From: Histomonas meleagridis 2922-C6/04-290x
Lineage: Eukaryota; Protista; Parabasalia
Direction of reading: 5' to 3'
Length of the DNA: 56,017 nt
Assembly: GCA_020184695.1 (NCBI GenBank)
Contig: JAANOX010000264.1
Span: 1-56,017 of the forward strand
The notes beneath the pieces are model-generated. The model was not told the origin of the DNA. It saw nothing but the letters and a program-made list of their open reading frames with translations, and ran no database searches. Both the position numbers and the translations under genes were made by a program. Below are positions 44,113-55,404 of this stretch, in pieces; position 1 is the first letter of the stretch; every line of letters begins with the position of its first letter.

Positions 44113-45279
44113 ATGCTTTATGTTGTGTCTTTGGTGTTTAAACACAGAGAGGGAAATTCAATTGAAGCTTCTTACCCACCATTTCCTGATGCTCAATATA
44201 TAGAAGATTGGAATCAAGGTTTACCATTTATTGCAATTCCTGATAAAGCGCATGACAGTGAAAAAACATCATTGGAATTCACACTTCCTGATCCAACACA
44301 ACCAAGTGGGTTTATTTTTGGAATTGCAACCTATCTTTCAATTGAAAGTTCAAAGCTTGAAAAATTTAAAGATGATCCAAACATAACTCGAAATCATGTT
44401 CAAAAATCACTTTGTGTTTTATCAAAAGTTCGACCACCAACCGATAAAATTCTTCCAAAATTAGTTGAAAGCTTGAAAGATAATTTTGAAAATCTATCAC
44501 AAATTCTCGAACCATTATATAACGAATTCACCGAAACATTTTCCCAAGGTTTATCCCGGTTTGCCGGCATTTCATATTCCGCTTTAATTCCATCTCTTAA
44601 AACATCATTATTATCACTTATCAAGGCCGTTATGACCGGAAGTCGAATTCTTTTCTTCGCAAATCACAGTGAGGATGTCACCAAACTTGTTTATGCCTTT
44701 GCATCACTTCTTCCCGGATTTCTATATTCTGATGATAATTATCCCTTCAAGTTCCTAGACTATGGCAAAAGCATATACTCTTTTTCTCCATATGTCCCTT
44801 TACAATTTTCTGATCTTTTAAACAACTCTGAGGCTAAATCTTTGGTAATGGGAACATGCAATGATCTTTTTCTTATCCAGCCTATCATCAAATATGACAT
44901 CCTTGTTGACTCCAGGACATGTCCAGCGACTATAACTGGGAAACTTCCGCCTCTAAAAGAAGGTGAAGTGAAGTTCATCAATTCGCTCATCGAAGGAAAC
45001 TTAGAAGATGAAATGTTTAGAAGTAGAACTCGATATTGGTTCGACTCTTTGTTTGGTGCGATAATGAGAATAAGAAATATAAAGGAAGTTCCGTATTATG
45101 TTTGGGAATTGCTTGATTTAGATGTCGTGAATTCGTTCGGGAAAGAATTCGTTTCGAACATGTTGCGAAACCAAAACGTGATTGAAATTGTTCAAAAATG
45201 CGATTTTAAAGAATTTAGTAATCTTGAAGAACAAATTTTGAAGAAACAAAAAAAGCATGTTTTTAATTTGGAAAAATAA
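44113..45279 (+). CDS. AVL9-like (DENN-related) trafficking protein
   Basis: MLYVVSLVFKHREGNSIEASYPP, LPFIAIPDKAH, FGIATYLSI...ITRNHVQKSLCVLS. The likely start is ATG 44113 rather than 43927. Confidence 0.75.
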   Translation: MLYVVSLVFKHREGNSIEASYPPFPDAQYIEDWNQGLPFIAIPDKAHDSEKTSLEFTLPDPTQPSGFIFGIATYLSIESSKLEKFKDDPNITRNHVQKSLCVLSKVRPPTDKILPKLVESLKDNFENLSQILEPLYNEFTETFSQGLSRFAGISYSALIPSLKTSLLSLIKAVMTGSRILFFANHSEDVTKLVYAFASLLPGFLYSDDNYPFKFLDYGKSIYSFSPYVPLQFSDLLNNSEAKSLVMGTCNDLFLIQPIIKYDILVDSRTCPATITGKLPPLKEGEVKFINSLIEGNLEDEMFRSRTRYWFDSLFGAIMRIRNIKEVPYYVWELLDLDVVNSFGKEFVSNMLRNQNVIEIVQKCDFKEFSNLEEQILKKQKKHVFNLEK

Positions 45280-45547
45280 AATATTTTATTGCGAAAATGT
45301 TTTAAAAATTTTGTTCATTTTGTATATTTGAACTAATTCAAGTGTAACTTGGATTTAGAACATTTGATAAACAAAAATAACAAAAAAAATGTTTATTGCT
45401 CCAAAGTAGTAAAATTTCATTCAATTTTGACGGTTCATTCATTAAATTGAGTCATATAAAAAATGCCATTCAAATTTCTTTCAAAATATCATATGCCATT
45501 TGAGTTCACTTTGGCAAAAAAAAATTCTCGTGACACTTTTTAATTTA

Positions 45548-45730
45548 TATGGTTTACGTCACAAAGAAATTCAGAAAAACAGGTTCAACCCCCATACAGG
45601 AAAACAATGCCCTGAGAGTGGGTGTTCTTGCTACAAAATTAAATAAAGAGCCATTTAGCCAAGAAGAAGATCAACAACTAATTAAAGATAATTATAGCTG
45701 GCTGCAAAATTAGCATATTTCCTGACGTGT
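45548..45730 (+). pseudogene. Decayed R2R3-Myb DNA-binding domain fragment
   Basis: YGLRHKEIQK...HTGKQCPE / VLATKLNKEPFSQEEDQQLIK..W resembles yG.knW..Ia...RtgkQCReRW...L.p.ink.pwt.EED..Li, with frameshifts. Confidence 0.5.
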
Positions 45731-46017
45731 GGAAATTTCTAGCCGTTGTTGTTCGTTCTAAGGATCTTCTCCATGATGAGTACGAAACTTCTCTAAAATT
45801 GAGATACGAGAGAGCATTCGAAGAGTGATCCTTTTTAGTGATGGTGCATTAGTCTATTTTTTGTTCATAAAAATTCCATAAATATCACAAAAAGTGGAAG
45901 GCCTGGAAATTCAAAAAAGTGACATGTGAGAATTTCAATTGTGTTCATAAATTAAATTTATTTTAATCGGTTTAATATAATTGCCAAATTGAATTCAATT
46001 TAGGCAAAAATTAATCG

Positions 46018-49000
46018 ATGCAAAAAAGCACAACAATAAGTGATTCAATCAAAACATGGGAATCAACTCTTTGCCAAAAGAGTAAATTCACAAAATTTGC
46101 TGATCTTCTTGAATATCTTCATTCAACTAGTAAAGTTTGTAAATGCCAAGAAACATGGACTAAACCTAGATTATCAATTTTATGCGAAGACTGCATCAAA
46201 CGAGAGTTAGGATGTGTTTGTTTAAGATGTTATTTGAATGGCAATCATGAAGGACATTCAATTTGTGTTCTTCCTGATCAAGCAGGTAATTGTGATTGTG
46301 GGGATTTAGATCTATGGAAAGAATCAGGTACATGTAAGCTTCATAGTCATAAATCTCAAAATGAATCAGAAATTCCGACATCGATATCGGAACTTCTTCC
46401 TCAAATTTTTGATTCTGCGTCATCACAACTTCCATATCTTCTTGAATTCAAACCACGCGAGGCTATCATCTTAATAGAATGGCTTACTCAATTCTGTGAA
46501 ATTGGGGATAAATATCGAAGTTTAATTATTGCTTCTATTGCCAAAGACAAAAAGTTATTAGAAATTTTTGACAAATGTTATATAACCACTGAAGAAGCTC
46601 TCAGCTCACTTTCAGAATTATTTGGCCATTGTGTAAATGACATAGAATTTAAAGTTGAGTTTGGGTATGCTTTTTTCAACAACATTTCTAAGATTATCAA
46701 GTACAAATATGCCAATATTATTCAACAAAACAATGAATATCAAAAACTTAATTACATCACCGATTTAAGTTTTCATTTTTTTGCTGACTTTATCATGATT
46801 CCATGTGTCCAACGATATAATTTTGATGCCGTTAATGTGTTTTTAGATAATATTAAAACGTTTCAGAAACTTCAATTATCATTTATCCTTAATTCGAATT
46901 ATGATAGATTACAAATATTTACATTTTTTTGTTCGATATTTGATGGAATTGAATCCATTTTATCCAATGAATATTTCCAAAATGATTTTGAGCGATTAAT
47001 TAATGGTTTAATTGATATCATTTTAGATAAATATGCGATTAACTTTACACATTTATTGTTAAGTACACAAGAAAATGATTATCTTTCATATCTATTTTAT
47101 AACAATGATTTTATTGGAACCATTAAAAACATTGAAAAGATCAAAAATTTAAATATTAATAATTACATTATAAAATTTTATGAATATTTTAAATCGATTT
47201 TTGATGAAGATGATCCAAAATTTTCATTATTCGACGGATGTTTTATTTATATCTTATTAATACCTCATTATTTATTAAAAGCAATTTTATTCCAATCGAA
47301 AGAAAACATTAAAACGATTCTTAATGATACATTAAAGAATGATATTGATCATTTTCTATTATTAACTTCAACAAATTTACAAAGAGTTTTATTATCAATT
47401 GATTTATATTATCATAACTTATTAAAAAATTGTTTCGGATTACAATATTTCTTATTAAGATTAAGAGGTTATAAAAAGTATTCACATTTGTTTTCATTAA
47501 TGCAATTATGTTTAGGATTTATGAATGATAAAGAATTAATCATTAATAACATCGCTAATGTTATTGGAGTTTTTGATGAAGAAACAGAAGATAAAAACGA
47601 TTTAATATATTTCATTTTTATACATTTTATTTCCACGTTAATCTTTGATCGAATTTTGATTAATAATAATTTAGATGAAAAAGTTAAACAAAATTTAATA
47701 TCGAAATTATTATTTAAGCAAAAGTTATTTAAATCATTTAAGAAGTTATTTAAAAATAATCAAATTCGTAGCATAAAAATAATCAAAAATCATTTAGAAG
47801 AAATTTCTACTTCATCACCATCGAAGAATGGAATTTTATTTAAATTAAAATCTAAAAATTTATGGAATCCTTTAGCACCAGTATATGCGTCTAATAAAAT
47901 ATTATCGATTTATTCGAAATATATTTATAAATATCCAAATGAATTATTACCATTTAAACCATTTACTGAAGAACCATTTGGAATGGATTTACATTCATGT
48001 TTAAATGCTCCAACACTTTTAGCTATTGAATATTATATATTATTATGTAAAAAATCAAGTGAAACTAATCAACTTATATTAAATTTATTAATAACTACTT
48101 CGAAGTTTTATGGAAAAGGAAATAGTGATAATATACCAATTGATATAATAAATGTTAAAAATATTAATCAATTAATCGAAAAAATTCCAAATGATTTTTA
48201 TAGTTTAATGTATCAAAAATTTAAATTCAAAAATTATCCACCGAAATCATTCGTTGATTTAATAAGTAATTTAGGAATTGTTGGACAAAATGCACTTAAA
48301 GAAATGAATATTTCATATGAAACGCCGAAAGTAATAACAGAACCTAAAGTTAAAACTAATGATAAATTAAATGTATTAAAGTCATCAATATTAAATTCAT
48401 TTAATGTGAAAATAGAACAATTCGAAAATATTAATGATAATATTGATGTTGATGAAGAAGATGTCGATGAATGTTGTGTATGTGCGACTACAATTAATGA
48501 AAATGAAGTTTTATATTACCAACTTTATATGTATTGGTCAACTTTACCATTAAAATATGATAATTATAGTGATAAAGTTCTTAAAGTTCAATGTTTTAAT
48601 ATATGTACACATTTAATACATAAGAAATGTTTACGTTTGAAATGTCCTATTGATCGATATATTCGGAACTTATGTCTTCCGAAACTTGATAATCGAAATG
48701 ATTTAGATACCGAAAATATTTTGAAAATTGTGAAAGATTTCGAAAATAATTTTGTGAATATTAATGAAATTGTTTTAGCTTTTTGTAGTATAATTATTAT
48801 CTATGAGATTCGATTAAGAAAAAATGTTTTGTGTTTGGAACATAAAAAATATTTTTATTTGGTTCGTAATTTATTTTTATGTTTAAGAATTATCTTTAAG
48901 AATAACTCTATGATTACATTAGATATAAAATCTTCTTTCCAGAAATTTATTGTTGATTTAATAAAATGTGATACACCTGAAACTAAAATAAATGAAATTT

Positions 49001-49581
49001 TGAATAAATATATAAATGATTTTAATGAAAAAGATTTAAATTTGTTTTTAAGACGTATTCGAATAACTGAATATTTTGCGTTAAGTTTAAATAATAATAT
49101 TAATTGGGAAACAGAATTAAAAAATGAGAATTTATGTAAGAAATATAACTTAAAATATAATGGAATTGAACATATTTTCCAACCATTTCAACTTGTGTAT
49201 TTACCAAAGAATTTTTTGCACTTCGGTAAAGAACCTTATAATTTAATTGATGAAATATCTTTAACAAATGTCGAAAATATGATAAATTTGGTCGATGGGA
49301 AAATTTTTAGTGGAAGCGCAGCAAAATATTATAAAAACTCGAAAGATGATTTGCACCTTTTGATGGATTTGAACTTGAGACACTCGAGGATTTTGCTGCT
49401 GTTCAAAAGAAGAAATGATCCAAAGGATTACCTGTTCGCGGTGCCGTCGGTGTACTTGGACTTGCTCGGCAATGAGGAATTGGGATTCGAAAATGGTTTC
49501 GAAATGTTTTTGGATGAAGAAAGATACGAACAGTTGACTGACGATTTTTTGTCGGGTGAAATAATTAAACACGTATTTTGA
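46018..49581 (+). CDS. UBR-box/RING E3 ubiquitin ligase (N-recognin, UBR1-3-like)
   Basis: UBR box C..C...CVCLRCYLNGNHEGH....AGNCDCGD; RING-like CCVC...CTHLIHKKC...CPIDR; C-terminal SVYLDLLGNEE. Confidence 0.8.
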   Translation: MQKSTTISDSIKTWESTLCQKSKFTKFADLLEYLHSTSKVCKCQETWTKPRLSILCEDCIKRELGCVCLRCYLNGNHEGHSICVLPDQAGNCDCGDLDLWKESGTCKLHSHKSQNESEIPTSISELLPQIFDSASSQLPYLLEFKPREAIILIEWLTQFCEIGDKYRSLIIASIAKDKKLLEIFDKCYITTEEALSSLSELFGHCVNDIEFKVEFGYAFFNNISKIIKYKYANIIQQNNEYQKLNYITDLSFHFFADFIMIPCVQRYNFDAVNVFLDNIKTFQKLQLSFILNSNYDRLQIFTFFCSIFDGIESILSNEYFQNDFERLINGLIDIILDKYAINFTHLLLSTQENDYLSYLFYNNDFIGTIKNIEKIKNLNINNYIIKFYEYFKSIFDEDDPKFSLFDGCFIYILLIPHYLLKAILFQSKENIKTILNDTLKNDIDHFLLLTSTNLQRVLLSIDLYYHNLLKNCFGLQYFLLRLRGYKKYSHLFSLMQLCLGFMNDKELIINNIANVIGVFDEETEDKNDLIYFIFIHFISTLIFDRILINNNLDEKVKQNLISKLLFKQKLFKSFKKLFKNNQIRSIKIIKNHLEEISTSSPSKNGILFKLKSKNLWNPLAPVYASNKILSIYSKYIYKYPNELLPFKPFTEEPFGMDLHSCLNAPTLLAIEYYILLCKKSSETNQLILNLLITTSKFYGKGNSDNIPIDIINVKNINQLIEKIPNDFYSLMYQKFKFKNYPPKSFVDLISNLGIVGQNALKEMNISYETPKVITEPKVKTNDKLNVLKSSILNSFNVKIEQFENINDNIDVDEEDVDECCVCATTINENEVLYYQLYMYWSTLPLKYDNYSDKVLKVQCFNICTHLIHKKCLRLKCPIDRYIRNLCLPKLDNRNDLDTENILKIVKDFENNFVNINEIVLAFCSIIIIYEIRLRKNVLCLEHKKYFYLVRNLFLCLRIIFKNNSMITLDIKSSFQKFIVDLIKCDTPETKINEILNKYINDFNEKDLNLFLRRIRITEYFALSLNNNINWETELKNENLCKKYNLKYNGIEHIFQPFQLVYLPKNFLHFGKEPYNLIDEISLTNVENMINLVDGKIFSGSAAKYYKNSKDDLHLLMDLNLRHSRILLLFKRRNDPKDYLFAVPSVYLDLLGNEELGFENGFEMFLDEERYEQLTDDFLSGEIIKHVF

Positions 49582-50170
49582 GGAAATGAGTAAAAATAAG
49601 TAAATACTTATAAAAAGATATGTTATTTAACAACAGGAAATTTGTAAAGTTATGGAAAAGCATATTATCATTTGAACGCATATCTGGAAACAAGTGTTGA
49701 ATATCAAACATTTAAACATTTTCTTCTCAGTGGAGAATACTTTAAGATGTGAAAAAAGTAAAATGTGGTAATATCATATTTTTTGTACAACTAAAGGTAT
49801 AATCATGATTAGACTTTTTGTTATGGACATGGTGCTAAAAAAACCACTATCATATAATTTATTAAAAAAAATAATTTATAGAAATGATATGCATTGCGCT
49901 AAAGTAAACATTTTATTTCATAGAAAAACCATTTTTATTAAATTATATTTATGCGTTTAAATGATAAAAATATCTAAATGATTATTAAAGTAGGAATTAT
50001 TTTTTATTTATTAAATTTGAATTTTATTCCTCAGATGATTAAGTAATAATTTATTTTTTGCAAAACTTCGTATTCCAATTCTATCAAATTCATTTTCATT
50101 ACGTTTCCATATGTGTATCTATTTATGGATTTAAGTATGATCAAATTAACACCAAAAATTTGTTAATTGT

Positions 50171-51178
50171 TTATTTCTTGACGATCCTATTGAAAAGCTT
50201 ATCGGACTCTTCTGGATCGATTGGTCCGTTGAGATGATGCGGGACGTATGGCTTCTCGAGCTCTTCGATTTCTTCGTTCGTCAGCTTCAGTTTGACTGCG
50301 CCGACGGCATCGACCAAATGATCGACTTTTGTTGCGCCGACGATTGGCGCTGCAACAACACTTTTACTCAATAACCAAGCGAGCGCTACTTGCGTCCTCG
50401 ACACTCCTCTTTTCTCGGCGATTTCTTTCACCTTTTGGACAATGGCCATATCTTGATCGCGAGTCGAATCATATTTGCCTCGCGCAGTTTCATCTGTCTT
50501 GCTCCTGAGGGTGTCAGCGTCCCAGTCACGGACAAGCCTTCCTGCGGCAAGTGGAGAATATGGTGTTGACGATACACCTTCTTCTTTTAATAATTTGAAC
50601 ATCTCGCGTTCTTCTTCACGGTATAGAAGGTTGTAATGGTCTTGCATAGATACGAAAGTGGCCCAGCCATGATGGCGTGCAACTTCTTGTGCTTTGAGAA
50701 ATTGATACGCATACATCGAACTTGCCCCAATGTAACGAACTTTGCCGGCTTTGACGACTTCGTTGAGAGCTTCCATGGTTTCTTCAATTGGCGTGCCATA
50801 ATCCCAACGGTGAATGATAAGTAAATCAATATAATCCATGCCAAGACGTTTGAGAGAATTGTCAACTTCACGAAGAATGGCTTGGCGGGAAAGACGACCT
50901 TCATTGAAGAAAACTTTGGTTGCAATGACAACATCTTCGCGTTTTGCATACTTCTTGATAGCACGACCAAGCATTTCTTCAGATGTACCAGCAGAATAAG
51001 TATTAGCTGTATCAAAGAAGTTGATTCCAAGTTCTAATGCTTTTTTAACGACTTCGTCTGTATGTTCTTCATCAAGTACCCATTGATGAATCCACTTTGT
51101 TTTATCTCCAAAACTCATACAACCACAGCAAATACGTGAAACTATAAGGTCAGAGGTTCCAAGTTTGACATATTCCAT
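50171..51178 (-). CDS. Aldo/keto reductase, bacterial YajO/IolS-like
   Basis: MEYVKLGTSDLIVSRICCGCMSFG, GINFFDTANTYSAGTSEE, IATKV, YIDLLIIHRWD, YNLLYREEERE, PYSPLAAGRL. The start is ATG 51178 or 51202. Confidence 0.9.
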   Translation of the reverse strand: MEYVKLGTSDLIVSRICCGCMSFGDKTKWIHQWVLDEEHTDEVVKKALELGINFFDTANTYSAGTSEEMLGRAIKKYAKREDVVIATKVFFNEGRLSRQAILREVDNSLKRLGMDYIDLLIIHRWDYGTPIEETMEALNEVVKAGKVRYIGASSMYAYQFLKAQEVARHHGWATFVSMQDHYNLLYREEEREMFKLLKEEGVSSTPYSPLAAGRLVRDWDADTLRSKTDETARGKYDSTRDQDMAIVQKVKEIAEKRGVSRTQVALAWLLSKSVVAAPIVGATKVDHLVDAVGAVKLKLTNEEIEELEKPYVPHHLNGPIDPEESDKLFNRIVKK

Positions 51179-51654
51179 GTTTTCGTTCTTCTTGAAGATC
51201 ATCTCCAAAAAAAAATGAAGTCTTTATCGGACGATAATTTTTGTGTTAGAAATGATCGGCTTATTTTATTTCAGAAAAAAGTGACTTCAAACCCTTACAA
51301 TAAAAAAAGGTGTAGCAAAGTTAATGTTTTGGAAAAATTATTAGTGTTGTTTGTAGATGTTCATTGTTAAATCAGGAAAACAAATAAGTTTTAAAAAGCA
51401 AAAGAGGGGAAGTAGTAAAAATCAAATTATATTCAGGATGAAAAAATTCAAAATTTTATAAAAATCATTTGCAAATCAGTAAATATCATTCTGTAAGACC
51501 CAAAAAATAAAAGAAATATAAAAAATCTGATCTCGAATTTAGTCTTAAGGAATGAGTTCTATAGTCACTTTTTATTTATGTGCTGTGAAAAATTTCTATC
51601 GTCATTGCTCCACGAATTCTGTGGGCATTTTTTCAAAAACTTTACACAGATATC

Positions 51655-53013
51655 ATGAACAACTATAAAAAGATAAAAAACATTGCACAAGGAAGATTTT
51701 CAAAGATAACTCTAGCAAAGTCTCTACGCACAGGAAAAAATTGTATCATAAAGATATCAAAAAAAACAAAATATAAAGCAAACGCAACTGAATCTCAAAT
51801 CCTTGCAGAAATGGACAATCCTAATATTATAAAATACATTGAATCTTATGAGGATAATCACAATAATTATATTGTAATGGAATATGCAGATGGAAACGAT
51901 TTAGATAAAAAAATTAAAAGTTTTCCTGGTGTAATTCCAGAAGACAAAGTTTTATATTATTTTATTCAAATTTGTAGTGCAATTAAATATATTCATGATC
52001 GAAAAATTATTCATCGTGATATAAAACCACAAAATATTTTTATTACAAAAGATGATATTATCAAACTTGGTGATTTTGGTTCAGCAAATTATATGAAAAC
52101 TAATTTTTTAGAAGATACTGAAGGAACCGACTATTATATGGCACCTGAAATCATTCATTACGAGAAATACGATTTTAAAGTAGACATATGGTCTCTTGGT
52201 TGCGTTCTCTATGAAATGTGTAAAAAAAAATCACCATTTATACCAGGTGAAAGAGAGGGAATGGTTGACGCTATTAAAAGGAAGCCCGAACGTATTCCTC
52301 CTGAATATAGTAAAGACTTACAAAATCTAATTAACAAAATGTTATCAATGAGTCCGAATTCTCGTCCCACAATCAACGAAATTCTTTCCACGCCATTTAT
52401 TCTTAAAAAGATTCATGAGCTTATTGTAATAAGACCTTCTTGTCTTCATCAAAATCCCATAAAAGTAAAATTAGTTTTACTTGGATTAAAAAAAGGGAAA
52501 TCACGGATTTTAGAAGGTCTTACAAATTATTGTTGTGAATCCCATTTAGGGAATATGAAAATCTTTTTAAGAGAACAAAATGTCGAGTTAACGGTTTTGG
52601 ACACCCCATTTAACGATAACTACGGTTTTGCAAGTCACGTTTTCTATCGTTGCGCTAATATATTTCTTATTTGTTTTTCTCCCAATAGTCGTAAAACATA
52701 TGAAGATGCCATAGAATGTTATAATAATATCAAAGTGTTTCGGAATGACGGAATTATTTGTTTATGTGGCGATGATAGTAATGTTTCATTAAAAAAAAGT
52801 GAAGTTTCATTCAATGATACATTTTTTGAAGCAAAAAACCTTAAAATTGATTGCTATTTTGAAACATTTTTGGATAGTAGCATTAATGTTTTTATGATGC
52901 TGAATGAAATTGTGGATATATGGCTGAATAAAATGAAGAACTTTCAAACATTGTTACCCGGACTCGATATAAATTCATTTGACAAAACAAAAAATGGCTG
53001 TACATTTACATAA
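51655..53013 (+). CDS. NEK/NimA-family kinase with a C-terminal degenerate Ras-like GTPase domain
   Basis: YIVMEYADGNDL, IIHRDIKPQNIF, KLGDFG, GTDYYMAPE, DIWSLGCVLYEMC, RPTINEIL. Then KVKLVLLG...GKS, VELTVLDT, FYRCANIFLICFS...TYE. Confidence 0.85.
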   Translation: MNNYKKIKNIAQGRFSKITLAKSLRTGKNCIIKISKKTKYKANATESQILAEMDNPNIIKYIESYEDNHNNYIVMEYADGNDLDKKIKSFPGVIPEDKVLYYFIQICSAIKYIHDRKIIHRDIKPQNIFITKDDIIKLGDFGSANYMKTNFLEDTEGTDYYMAPEIIHYEKYDFKVDIWSLGCVLYEMCKKKSPFIPGEREGMVDAIKRKPERIPPEYSKDLQNLINKMLSMSPNSRPTINEILSTPFILKKIHELIVIRPSCLHQNPIKVKLVLLGLKKGKSRILEGLTNYCCESHLGNMKIFLREQNVELTVLDTPFNDNYGFASHVFYRCANIFLICFSPNSRKTYEDAIECYNNIKVFRNDGIICLCGDDSNVSLKKSEVSFNDTFFEAKNLKIDCYFETFLDSSINVFMMLNEIVDIWLNKMKNFQTLLPGLDINSFDKTKNGCTFT

Positions 53014-53457
53014 AATTGTTTTATTTTTAATTTTTTTTTATTGATAAATCGCTGAATAGAAAATAAAGTATATTAAATAAACATGTTTTACATCTTCGCA
53101 ATGTTGTTTGTTATACTCTTAGTTTTATAATTTCATAACTATTTCTCAATGTGTTAATTAGAAAACTTCTTTTTGTTTGCGGAGCAAAGTGAAGCAAATA
53201 ACGCGAAGCGCATTCTTATAGAAAATAAAGAATATTCTAGATGCAATTTTTTTTCATTGTAATTTCGAAATTTTATAATTATATAGCTTCATCAGCTTTT
53301 TTATTCAGATTGATGATAAATTTAAAAAAAAAAATGTTATGAGATTTAATGTCATAAGAAAAGAGCTCTTCCACACAAACCACAAAAACAAGAATTTTCC
53401 CAGAATAACCGCAATATCGAAAAAACGTATTTTAACGTACTAATTCCAAAATATATT

Positions 53458-54600
53458 ATGTATAAAAAAGCATACACATCAGGATACACAAATGTTGATA
53501 TAATTGGAAATGAAGACCTGTTCCCAAACGAAGGATATGACTTTCCACCTCGTCGAGCACCAAGAAAATTACTAAGCACGAAAAATTCACCATTATTTCC
53601 ATTAAATTCCAAAATCAATTCAAAAATCACAACCCATCGCATCCCCACACCACCACATCGATATGTAGATCCAGTTATGACAAATTTAAGAGGAAATCAA
53701 TCTCAACGAATACGCCAAGCCGTTATGACCACTCGGAAAAATCAAATCAAATATGCACAAGAGAAGCGACGTTATGAAGATGAACTTCAAGAACAAGAAG
53801 AAGAAATTCAACTTGAGCAATTCAAACTCTCCAAACAAAAAGAAGAAAAAGAGCGCCTAAAGACTATCAAAAAGAAAAAAGAACTCGAAGCCACTTATAA
53901 GCAACAACTTGCTGATGTTGCTGCACGTAAAAGCGAACGCGATGAAGAGATTGCATATGAAAATGAACTTAAGAAACAGATATCGAACTCAAAAGCAAGA
54001 AAACATTCGACAAGAGAAACTTCGACAACTTGCCAAAGAGCGCCGGAAGAATTCATCAAGAAGAACGAAGAGTTACTAATGCGCAAAGAGCGACAGATGA
54101 AGAAGATCTCGAATACGAGAAAAAGATCCAAAAGAAAACGCGGAAATGCAACAGCGTCAAGAAGAGCGACGTAAGGAAGATGAAAGACAGTCGATATATG
54201 CGCACAGAGATGAAATCGATTCATCGAAGCGCAGACGAAAGAACTTGCAAAGAAAACGCAGCGCGAAAGGAACGAATTTTAGACGCCGCTGAATCGGCAG
54301 CACTAAAAGCACAAGAGGAACCGAATTGCAGCGATGCAAACAGCGAAAGAAAAACTTGGAAAAGGAAAGACACGACTATTGGCTGATGTTACAAGGGAAA
54401 ACAGCGCGAAGGAAAACAAGGCCGAAGAAACCATATCCCATATCACAATGATAATGGTTACGATGAAGAAAACATAAACAAATGCAAAAGGAAAATGGAG
54501 AAGACAAAAATAGGCAGTTCCAGTTGAAACAAATAGAGGAAAGAAAACAAAGGGGAAAAGAAAGAGATAGAAGAGGATAGAGAATTGGATAAGAAAATGT
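53458..54600 (+). CDS. E/K/R/Q-rich coiled-coil (trichohyalin/CFAP-like) protein, multiply frameshifted in this sequence
   Basis: Coiled-coil composition continues across frames (53458-54174, 54030-54386 and beyond). Indels cluster in A-runs. Confidence 0.5.
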
Positions 54601-54760
54601 TACAGTGCAGTATATTGTGAAGAGAAGAATGGTGAAAAATTATAAATTATATAAAATTTTAAAAATTATGGAATTTATTGTTTGTTATTGTTTAAAGCGC
54701 CATAAATTGTCTATATGTCTGAACTAATGAACATTTAAAGCTTTAATTTCATTTTTAATT

Positions 54761-55404
54761 ATGTTTGGTTATTTTACTGAGTCCATTTTATGATCCATTC
54801 GAGTATAGACCAATAAGGATTTATCGTCCATTTAGTGCGATGAATGGATACTTTAATAATCTTGACCATCGTTTAAATTCCTTATTTGCTGATGCATTTG
54901 ATGAAGAATTTAATAATATGATTGAACAAGATAAACCTAAAGAAGAGAAAGAACAAAAGGAACAAAAGAAGAAGAGCCTAAGAAGAAACACAACAAAAAG
55001 ATTGTTAAAAGAACATTATATTCCCACAAAATTATTATAGAACTTATTCATCAGAAAGATACTGTGATGGTGATGAAAAGTTCGAAGGAATTCGTGAACA
55101 AGCTAGTGATGGTGATAAAACATATATTTCTAAAATTAAAAAGAATTGGTAATCACGTTGAGGTTCAAGTAGATGAAGTTGTAGATAAAGAAGGTAAGAA
55201 AACAACTAAAGAAACTTATGGCATAATGTTGGTGAAGATGAAATTGATGCATACGAAAATACAAGGTCTTTAAGACGTGGTATTGAAGCTATTGGTAGTA
55301 AAAATGAAGAAAAACCTGCAATTAAAACAGAAAATACAGAGAAAAAAGAAGAACCTAAAGAAGAAACTAAGGAAGAACCTAAAGAAACAAAAGAACAACA
55401 ATAA
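54761..55404 (+). CDS. Myeloid leukemia factor (MLF)-like protein, frameshifted in this copy
   Basis: Frame-corrected it reads MFGYFTDPFYDPF...RTYSSERYCDGDEKFEGIREQASDGDKTYISKIKRIGNH...KETY/WHNVGEDEIDAYE, resembling the MLF core (..gIrE...D......IG.r.h......g.......N..e.e...f). The second copy at 55948 lacks the first frameshift. Confidence 0.45.

Noticed and set aside
255-54339. Numerous 60-150 aa ORFs antisense to or nested in larger genes, and ORFs running through ankyrin spacers (for example 5133-5360, 29476-29688, 36244-36438)
   Set aside because: These are shadow ORFs, or partial ankyrin modules plus translated spacer, with no independent coding evidence.
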